A stretch of 64,000 bases of DNA from a virus (lineage: Duplodnaviria > Caudoviricetes): the IMG/VR virus record IMGVR_UViG_3300021376_000006; one strand, written 5' to 3'. The position numbers and the translations under genes were made by a program. Below the pieces are notes generated by a model. It ran no database searches. It was not told the origin of the DNA and saw nothing but the letters and a program-made list of their open reading frames with translations. Positions 54,922 through 61,692 of the stretch are shown here, piece after piece; position 1 is the first letter of the stretch; the number at the start of each line of letters is the position of its first letter.

Positions 54922-55437
54922 ATGTATTACACCAAAGTTCATATTGATAATCTTGAACAACTTCAACAATCAATATTAGATAAATTACCACCAGAAGCAC
55001 TGACTACTCATGGAGTTCTGCCAATGTGGTCTCAGCAGCTGATGCAGTTTGATGAGATAAAAAACATTATTCAAGAACTTGGTCTTGAATCTACTGCTTA
55101 CTGCGTTTGTATTGTCACAATGCAGCCTTGGTCAGAATTTCCAGTCCACATAGACAGCGGAAAAAGCCAGGCAGCGTTAAACATTCCTTTAGCAAATTGC
55201 AATAATACATTTACTCATTGGTACCAAAGTACACAGCCATTGATAGAATATCAACATCACGGTGATGGCAAATATTTAGGTGCTGATAAAAATCTATGCA
55301 CCAGAGTTGCTAGTTTAGAAATGACTGAACCTCATTTTATCAATATTGGTGCTTTACATAATGTTGATAACCCTAATAACAGTTGGCGTATACTTTTATC
55401 AATACGTCTTACCGATTACAACTTTAATTCACAATAA
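54922..55437 (+). CDS. 2OG-Fe(II)/Asp-hydroxylase-like oxygenase
   Basis: PVHID..LNIP..LHNV..RILLSI. Confidence 0.7.
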   Translation: MYYTKVHIDNLEQLQQSILDKLPPEALTTHGVLPMWSQQLMQFDEIKNIIQELGLESTAYCVCIVTMQPWSEFPVHIDSGKSQAALNIPLANCNNTFTHWYQSTQPLIEYQHHGDGKYLGADKNLCTRVASLEMTEPHFINIGALHNVDNPNNSWRILLSIRLTDYNFNSQ

Positions 55438-55442
55438 TTTTG

Positions 55443-55518
55443 TGGTGCCAACTCTTGGGATCGAACCAGGTTCCATGCGTCTTCAGCGCACCGCAATGAC
55501 CACATTTGCTAAGTTGGC
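55443..55518 (-). tRNA. tRNA-Phe(GAA)
   Basis: Loop CT-GAA-GA. Confidence 0.92.
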
Positions 55519-55519
55519 T

Positions 55520-55594
55520 TGGGGTATCCGACCGGGATCGAACCGGTAATACAAGATCCACAATCTTGGGTGTTACCTCTACACTACGGACACC
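55520..55594 (-). tRNA. tRNA-His(GTG)
   Basis: G-1:C73, loop TT-GTG-GA. Confidence 0.92.
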
Positions 55595-55600
55595 ATTTAA

Positions 55601-55675
55601 TGGTAGGGGATGAGGGATTCGAACCCCCGAATGACGGAATCAAAATCCGCTGTCTTACCACTTGACGAATCCCCA
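55601..55675 (-). tRNA. tRNA-Gln(TTG)
   Basis: Loop TT-TTG-AT; U1:U72 mismatch. Confidence 0.88.
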
Positions 55676-55676
55676 A

Positions 55677-55826
55677 TTAACTTGGTATTACTTTTGGAAT
55701 GTATGGTACGTTCCTGGGCCCATGGCGCTGTTCAAACAACACGCGAGCTTCTTGCAAATCCTTTGCGTACACACGATCTTTAGTGTCACCTTGCGGTGTT
55801 CTTACTGTAGTTTCATACATTGGCAT
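55677..55826 (-). CDS. Small protein (49 aa)
   Basis: MPMYETTVRTPQG after AAGGAG. Confidence 0.7.
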   Translation of the reverse strand: MPMYETTVRTPQGDTKDRVYAKDLQEARVLFEQRHGPRNVPYIPKVIPS

Positions 55827-55923
55827 ATCAATCTCCTTCAATCATATAGAAACACACTCAATACTATTATACGCCTGTGCCGTTTGAGTAAGCCATTAAT
55901 GTATAAGCGAATTTGTTTTCGTA

Positions 55924-55998
55924 TGGTAGGGGCACCAGGACTCGAACCTGGATAGATCGGTTAAAAGCCGACTATTCTAGCCTTTGAATTATACCCCC
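55924..55998 (-). tRNA. tRNA-Lys(TTT)
   Basis: Loop CT-TTT-AA. Confidence 0.92.
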
Positions 55999-56048
55999 AT
56001 TCTTACACCGTACAGTTGCCACATCATCGCTGCGAGCCGATGCTTGTT

Positions 56049-56105
56049 TTAAAATGTATAACCGTATCTTAATAAACCTATCTTATCACTCTTGTCACTA
56101 TCCAT
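56049..56105 (-). CDS. 18-aa micropeptide
   Basis: MDSDKSDKIGLLRYGYTF; AGGAG SD. Confidence 0.45.
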   Translation of the reverse strand: MDSDKSDKIGLLRYGYTF

Positions 56106-56207
56106 AACAGGATCTCCTATTTAAAATTTCTTTCTAACCACACCAACATACCAATAATGAATAATAATACAGTCACAGCCCCATTTTAGTCAACCTTTCA
56201 TAGTTAG

Positions 56208-56281
56208 TGGAGCGGGTAGCGAGAATCGAACTCGCAAATAATCCTTGGCAAGGATTCAGGTTACCTTTACATCATACCCGC
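56208..56281 (-). tRNA. tRNA-Gly(GCC)
   Basis: Loop TT-GCC-AA, U73. Confidence 0.92.
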
Positions 56282-56287
56282 TCGGTT

Positions 56288-56382
56288 TGGTAGTAGGCCA
56301 GGGATTCGAACCCTGTCGTTCCAGCCCATCTGACCAGTCTCCACGGTTTATAAGTCCGCGCCGCATACCAATGCTGCCTACC
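56288..56382 (-). tRNA. Atypical tRNA(TAT) with tRNA-Sec-like D-arm and long variable arm
   Basis: GCAT-TGGT-ATGC D-arm; loop CT-TAT-AA; CAGGG-TTCGAAT-CCCTG; CCA. Confidence 0.75.
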
Positions 56383-56393
56383 ATAAAAATAGC

Positions 56394-56637
56394 GCATCCT
56401 TGTTCCTAAAATTATTAGGTAGGAATAGTTTACAAGACCTTCTGTTCATCAAGGATGCATGATAAAACACATTCTTGGGTGCCCGTAAAGACCATACCCA
56501 TGGCCTCGAGCGCCATTATGTGTTTGAATGTGCTTTATCATTCCTATTTTACTCCTGCGTTTTCGCCGACAGTTTCATCCAGGGCTCCGCCCGTTTGGCA
56601 AGTTATAGTGTTGCCGCAGCCTCGTTCCGCATCACAC
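56394..56637 (-). ncRNA. Three tandem stem-closed RNA modules (56394-56458, 56460-56540, 56552-56637)
   Basis: GCATCCTTG/CAAGGATGC; TGATAAAGCACATTC/GAATGTGTTTTATCA; GGCAA/TTGCC, GGGC/GCCC. Confidence 0.45.
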
Positions 56638-56639
56638 TT

Positions 56640-56804
56640 TTAGCGTCGTTCAGTTAGACGTCGCATTCGTTCTGCATCTTCATTTTGTTGACGCAGCCTT
56701 TCAATTTTACCTTTAACTAATTGTTCAAGCAATCTATCGTTAAAAACAAAATTACGCTCTTCTAACTTTTTTTGAAACGACACGATTTCTTTTTTGTTCG
56801 TCAT
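56640..56804 (-). CDS. Small helical protein (54 aa), first gene after the attenuator
   Basis: MTNKKEIVSFQKKLEER..; AAAGGA SD. Confidence 0.65.
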   Translation of the reverse strand: MTNKKEIVSFQKKLEERNFVFNDRLLEQLVKGKIERLRQQNEDAERMRRLTERR

Positions 56805-56816
56805 CGGTTCCTTTAT

Positions 56817-56852
56817 AAAACAAAACCCCAGGGTGTGTAGTCCTGGGGTTTT
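56817..56852 (-). terminator. Attenuator terminator hairpin
   Basis: AAAACCCCAGG-loop-CCTGGGGTTTT-GTTTT. Confidence 0.85.
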
Positions 56853-56874
56853 ATAGAATTTGGTTAATTAAAAC

Positions 56875-56997
56875 TTAGGTTCTATAATCCCCCAGGACAC
56901 GATTACTAATATCGCGTGTAATCATACCCCAGTAGGCGGTTAGCCCACATTCGGGTTGTGATATAAACGATTTACATAATAGTGCTGAAATCATCAT
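56875..56997 (-). CDS. Attenuator leader peptide (40 aa)
   Basis: MMISALLCKSFISQPECGLTAYWGMITRDISNRVLGDYRT; last codons form the antiterminator 5' strand. Confidence 0.7.
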   Translation of the reverse strand: MMISALLCKSFISQPECGLTAYWGMITRDISNRVLGDYRT

Positions 56998-57004
56998 AGT
57001 CTCT

Positions 57005-57033
57005 ATACTACATTTATTTATAATTGTTGTCAA
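57005..57033 (-). promoter_or_regulatory. Sigma70 promoter with nested T4-type late box
   Basis: TTGACA-17-TAGTAT; TATAAATA at 57015-57022. Confidence 0.7.
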
Positions 57034-57044
57034 CCTGTAAAATG

Positions 57045-57854
57045 TTAATTATTTGTTAATACTTGATTATTTATCAATTGATAATAATTGTCAAAGTCGC
57101 TATTGGGATAAAACAATGCATACAGTTTAAAAGTTTTCTTTAAAAAAATCAAATTAAATTGCTGATGCCAGCCATGATCATATATTAAATCCAAAAACCA
57201 TTTGCTTTTTTTACTAGTGCCGTTGTCCAGTGCGAAAAAATTTTTAACAAAGCCCAAACCAAAATATCTTAGTTCTGTCACTTGATTAATATAGTTATCT
57301 TGTTCTATTTTGATAGAACCGTGAAGTTTTTGATAAATTTTGAAAATATTGTTGTTATGATGCGATTCATCTACTAGTAAACGATGAAACATTTTTGCTG
57401 TTTGTTGATTTTGACAGGTTTTGTATAGCAAATAAAAACCAGTCCAAAGATAGCACTCACCTACGTAGTATCTGGTCAATAACTGTGTAAGATTACTGGT
57501 TTTAAATCTATCCTGCGCCTGCATTTCTGTGCTATTTAAATCATGCTGCGAAACATCTTTGTTAAAATTATTTTTAAAAAAATCTAATAGCATCTTGGCA
57601 TGCACTTCTTCATCATGTATCATTCTATCAAAATATTGACAAATCAAATTTTGGCTTTCGTACGTTAAATTGAGATCATGATAGTAATTTTGTTTAAAAT
57701 TGTTTCTAAGTGCAGGATATACTAGAGTAGTTTCATATTCCCCAAGATAGGTATTGTACAACCAATTACAAATAAATTCGTTTTCGAATTGATCATACTT
57801 TTGTCCGAGAGATTTGATCGCTCGATTAGAAAATATTGGAGTGTTAAATTGCAT
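57045..57854 (-). CDS. Ferritin-like di-iron enzyme
   Basis: E..DEEVH..GE..DESHH carboxylate/His pattern. Confidence 0.65.
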   Translation of the reverse strand: MQFNTPIFSNRAIKSLGQKYDQFENEFICNWLYNTYLGEYETTLVYPALRNNFKQNYYHDLNLTYESQNLICQYFDRMIHDEEVHAKMLLDFFKNNFNKDVSQHDLNSTEMQAQDRFKTSNLTQLLTRYYVGECYLWTGFYLLYKTCQNQQTAKMFHRLLVDESHHNNNIFKIYQKLHGSIKIEQDNYINQVTELRYFGLGFVKNFFALDNGTSKKSKWFLDLIYDHGWHQQFNLIFLKKTFKLYALFYPNSDFDNYYQLINNQVLTNN

Positions 57855-57886
57855 ACAAAGTATTTAACATTATTACTTTGATCATT

Positions 57887-57915
57887 AAAAAAGGGTCCTA
57901 AGCCCCTTTTTTTTT
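57887..57915 (-). terminator. Intrinsic terminator after pqqA
   Basis: AAAAAGGG-loop-CCCTTTTTT. Confidence 0.7.
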
Positions 57916-57929
57916 ACTAAATCGTAAAA

Positions 57930-58004
57930 TTAACGATTTGCAATATACATAGTGATTTCAAAACCAAAACGCATATCTTGAGCTGCTGGTGTAGTCCATG
58001 CCAT
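57930..58004 (-). CDS. pqqA: Pyrroloquinoline quinone precursor peptide PqqA (not in ORF track)
   Basis: MAWTTPAAQDMRFGFEITMYIANR: W..P..D.R.GFE.T.Y..NR with ExxxY; AAGGAG SD. Confidence 0.92.
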   Translation of the reverse strand: MAWTTPAAQDMRFGFEITMYIANR

Positions 58005-58123
58005 GTTATTTCTCCTTGATTAAAATTAACATACTGCAACAGTATGTATCAAGATTATAAGGCAATTTTTGGGTAAATTACATCCATACAGTCATGATTT
58101 TATGCTACGTAAATTTATTAGGT

Positions 58124-58384
58124 CTAGATAAAGTCCGGAGCAGGATAGTATCTCCGATTAGCCCATTGTTGTAATCTATGTTCATGCCAATAAATCATAA
58201 AATGATCTCTAGTTTCAAAATGTCTTTGGAATTCTTCAGTGACAGCCAAGCAACTGTTAAGATCTTGACCGCCCATTTCGCCTTTCATAAATGCAGTATC
58301 GCAATCCCAATAATACCGTTCTAGGTCTGCATAATTAAGATCCACTGCATTCAGTGCCACGGTTAATAAGAATATTTTGAGCAT
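58124..58384 (-). CDS. Small secreted protein
   Basis: Signal peptide; TATAAATA and AGGAG upstream. Confidence 0.7.
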   Translation of the reverse strand: MLKIFLLTVALNAVDLNYADLERYYWDCDTAFMKGEMGGQDLNSCLAVTEEFQRHFETRDHFMIYWHEHRLQQWANRRYYPAPDFI

Positions 58385-58405
58385 AGATGGCTCCTAAATT
58401 AATAT

Positions 58406-58588
58406 TTATAGGTCAACTTGCTTGCCCCAATTAATACGTAGCCATGCTCGTTCATGTACATAATGTAGTATGGTTAACACTATGTTTGCCATGATTGCTC
58501 CGGACCAACCAGCCCATATAGCAGTGACTAATGTTGCTATTATTCTCCATACCACTGCTCGTGCTATTGTTCTTTTATGCGTTTCCAA
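58406..58588 (-). CDS. DUF2061-like small membrane protein
   Basis: METHKRTIARAVVWRIIAT..YVHERAW. Confidence 0.8.
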   Translation of the reverse strand: METHKRTIARAVVWRIIATLVTAIWAGWSGAIMANIVLTILHYVHERAWLRINWGKQVDL

Positions 58589-58604
58589 TTATTTTTCAGT
58601 AAAA

Positions 58605-59012
58605 TTATCTAGTTTGATCTGCCAATATTTTGTAGCCCTTGTATGTGGGATGTACTCCGTCCCGACTAATATTATCTTCTGGTCTTGGAATTACAGTGTC
58701 TCCAAATTCCTCTGCTACCTGCCGTACTGCCTCCACCTGCCGAGGTTTCAGTTTGGCGCTTGGCAACAACCAAAATACTCTATCAGCTTGGGCATTAGTA
58801 CGCAATGATCTGACATGACCTTCGGTATTGATGCCACGATAATCGTTGGCACCTAGGCTGATGATCAAGTGTCGAGTTGGCTTTAGTTTGTGTAAATGCT
58901 TGGCTGTCCAATCATGTGAGTTAATACCGCTTTTGGCAATTGAGTGGCATTCGGGCCTTACTTGACTTACGCCCACTGCAATACTATCTCCTACAATTAA
59001 ACATTCAAGCAT
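58605..59012 (-). CDS. SGNH/GDSL hydrolase
   Basis: IVGDSIAVG, SLGAND, DGVHP. Confidence 0.85.
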   Translation of the reverse strand: MLECLIVGDSIAVGVSQVRPECHSIAKSGINSHDWTAKHLHKLKPTRHLIISLGANDYRGINTEGHVRSLRTNAQADRVFWLLPSAKLKPRQVEAVRQVAEEFGDTVIPRPEDNISRDGVHPTYKGYKILADQTR

Positions 59013-59188
59013 TTACAATCTCCTTATAAAAATTTGTTGCATTATATTATATATCCTGACAATGTCTATTGTCAACGCAATTTTAATAGATTTTTACCAA
59101 ATATATTTTTATTACTCCAATAGAATAAATCTAAGTCTACATTGCTCAATAAATATTTGTGCTTAAGGCTTTCAATTATGGGTGGACA

Positions 59189-60862
59189 ATGAATCGATAC
59201 GACGAACTTGAAATACTAATTAAAAAATTTACACGACCAATACCAGACACCGAAGAATACAACTCAAGACTCGAAGAAGAATTAGAAATTATCGCAAAAC
59301 TAGGTTTTGCTAAACATTTTCTTCGTGTAAGAGAAATTTTAGATTTAACCCGAGACATACCACACATTACTAGAGGATCTGCAGGCTCAAGCCTGATATG
59401 CTATCTTATGGGTATCAGTGATGTGGATCCTATACTGGAACGTATACCACTGTCGCGCTTTATGAATCCCAGGCGCGATGACCTACCTGACATCGACCTA
59501 GACTTTCCGCACTGGCAGCAGGAAACTGTGATGAACAGAATATTCCGTAGATGGCCTGGGCAGAGTGCTAGAGTGTCAAACTATGTAATGTATAAAGAAA
59601 AGTCGGCTGTTCGTGAAGCTGCCAAACGCTACGGTGCCAAGGGCAGATTAAAACGCAATTTTAATTTGGCAGATGTGGTGCCAGCTGAATATGTGGGCGA
59701 AGCTGAACGCCTGGCAGACAAACTGTTGGGCAAAAAACGCTGTATCAGCAAACACTGCGGCGGCATATTGATATTTGATCGTAGTGTACCTAAAAGTCTA
59801 ATCAATGGCGAAAATCAAATATTACTAGACAAATATGAAATAGAAGATCTAGAACACTTTAAGATTGATATTCTAGCCAATCGCGGACTAAGCCAGCTAT
59901 GGGAAATAGATCAAAGAGATTTGTTAGATTATCCTGAAACAGATGCTGCCACCGCTGCATTACTAAGTAGAGGCGATGTGCTGGGTGTGACACAAGCCGA
60001 AAGTCCGGCCATGAAGCGACTGTTTAGAGCCATACGTCCACAAAGTCGTGCCGACTGTGTGCTGGGCACAGCACTGATTCGTCCAGTGGCCACACAAGGT
60101 CGTAGGCGTGCAAGTGCGTTTCAAGACTGGACCCGAGACAACTTGAGCGAGACTATCGTGTTTGAAGATGATGCTATAGAACTTATATCAGAAATACTAG
60201 GATGTGATCAGTATGAAGCAGACATGTGGCGTAGAGCATTTGCCAAGAAGAATGAAGAAAAGATGTTTGAGTTTATGCAACAAATTGGTGACCATCCTCG
60301 TCGAAATGACGTCCTGCTGGCCTTACGTGAACTGAGTCATTTTGGACTGTGTCGTGCTCATGCTATCAACTTGGGTAGATTGATCTGGGCACTAGCTTAT
60401 CAAAAAGCACACAATCCAGAACAGTTCTGGCAAGCGGCATTAAAACATTGCCAAGGCTCATACGCTAGATGGGTATACTGGCAAGAAGCCAAATTGGCCG
60501 GAGCCGTGCCTGCCGCGGGCGAAGGCGGTGAAGTGGCAGACTTGATACAGGATGGTCGTTGGCGTTCGGGTAGATTTATTCCTGTGTGCCAAGAAATTCG
60601 TAAGCCAGGACAAGTTGAATTCTGTGGCCTAGTTGCTAACTATCGTGTGTTTAAATCAGGACCAAAAGAATACATAACCTTTGCCACACTAGGCACTGGT
60701 AATGGTAGATATCTTGATGTTATATTGCCACATGCTACCAGTTTTCACGAGCAGCCCATACTATGGGGAACGGGCAAGTTGGGGTATAAAAATAATTCAG
60801 AATATGTTACAGTATATCGTAGCAAGAAAATGAAATTAACTGATATAGCACACATAACATGA
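59189..60862 (+). CDS. dnaE: Minimal DNA polymerase III alpha-like (C-family), no PHP domain
   Basis: RGSAGSSLICYL, LPDIDLDF, SKHCGG, KIDILANRGL, C-terminal OB-like region; alternative GTG start at 59159. Confidence 0.85.
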   Translation: MNRYDELEILIKKFTRPIPDTEEYNSRLEEELEIIAKLGFAKHFLRVREILDLTRDIPHITRGSAGSSLICYLMGISDVDPILERIPLSRFMNPRRDDLPDIDLDFPHWQQETVMNRIFRRWPGQSARVSNYVMYKEKSAVREAAKRYGAKGRLKRNFNLADVVPAEYVGEAERLADKLLGKKRCISKHCGGILIFDRSVPKSLINGENQILLDKYEIEDLEHFKIDILANRGLSQLWEIDQRDLLDYPETDAATAALLSRGDVLGVTQAESPAMKRLFRAIRPQSRADCVLGTALIRPVATQGRRRASAFQDWTRDNLSETIVFEDDAIELISEILGCDQYEADMWRRAFAKKNEEKMFEFMQQIGDHPRRNDVLLALRELSHFGLCRAHAINLGRLIWALAYQKAHNPEQFWQAALKHCQGSYARWVYWQEAKLAGAVPAAGEGGEVADLIQDGRWRSGRFIPVCQEIRKPGQVEFCGLVANYRVFKSGPKEYITFATLGTGNGRYLDVILPHATSFHEQPILWGTGKLGYKNNSEYVTVYRSKKMKLTDIAHIT

Positions 60863-61155
60863 AATCAAGAATACACCTTTATCCGCATACCGGTCCTGGC
60901 ACTAGAGGCTACATAGTTGCAGAACGAGCCGCACTTAAATCTCTAGCAAAACATCTTGAAGATGCCGCTCGAGGCATAGTGGGTTTCGATACCGTAAAAT
61001 GTTATGGTTCAGATGGCCACGAATATGAACTAGTAATAGTATGTGATGTAGCCGAAGATGAATGGCAGAACTTACCCGGACCCGGAGATCAAAAAGCAGA
61101 TCCCAGTAAGTTAGCAGTGGTTCAAACTTTTGACGAGCTTCGTAAATCTAATTAG
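60859..61155 (+). CDS. Hypothetical protein coupled to dnaE
   Basis: 98 aa, ATGA overlap. Confidence 0.7.
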   Translation: MKSRIHLYPHTGPGTRGYIVAERAALKSLAKHLEDAARGIVGFDTVKCYGSDGHEYELVIVCDVAEDEWQNLPGPGDQKADPSKLAVVQTFDELRKSN

Positions 61156-61329
61156 TTATTTCTTTAAGTAACTAGAACACATCATTTCAAAATCACGTTG
61201 TTTTGAATTTATCAACGCATGACTAGCATTTGGATTTCTGCTACGATAAGACTCCCTCTCTTGATCTATGCACTCATCATATTTACTACTACAACCTGCT
61301 AGCAATAATAAAAGTATCAAGTATCGCAT
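61156..61329 (-). CDS. Small lipoprotein (57 aa, not in ORF track)
   Basis: MRYLILLLLLAGCSSK lipobox; AAGGA SD. Confidence 0.7.
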   Translation of the reverse strand: MRYLILLLLLAGCSSKYDECIDQERESYRSRNPNASHALINSKQRDFEMMCSSYLKK

Positions 61330-61352
61330 ATGATTCCTTAAAACTGTATTTA

Positions 61353-61592
61353 CTAGTTTTCGTCAAAGTTCATAGGAATAAAACCTTTGGCGGGAGTAAA
61401 TGCGGTCACTGCTTTCAATTTGGTGTCAAACACCACATCAAAACCGGCGAATCTGTCACCATCATACTTTGCTCTAATGTCTGATACCTGTCTTCCGGTT
61501 TGTCGTTCCACTGCGGCCACTACCATGTTGGAAACAGTTGTGGTACCAATTGTGGCTGTCATTTCAATGTCGATATCGTAAGTTTTTGGCAT
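61353..61592 (-). CDS. Small hypothetical protein
   Basis: 79 aa; AAAGGA SD. Confidence 0.65.
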   Translation of the reverse strand: MPKTYDIDIEMTATIGTTTVSNMVVAAVERQTGRQVSDIRAKYDGDRFAGFDVVFDTKLKAVTAFTPAKGFIPMNFDEN

Positions 61593-61602
61593 AAGTGTCC
61601 TT

Positions 61603-61678
61603 TTGTGCGCTAGACAGGAATTGAACCTGTTATTTTGAGCTTTAGAGACTCCGGCTCAACCATTTAGTTTCTAGCGGC
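61603..61678 (-). tRNA. Degenerate tRNA-like gene with CTA (amber) anticodon
   Basis: CGCTAG/CTAGCG acceptor; GAGT-CTCTAAA-GCTC; ACAGG-TTCAATT-CCTGT; weak D-stem; 3' CAA. Confidence 0.55.
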
Positions 61679-61692
61679 ATGTGTGTATTATA

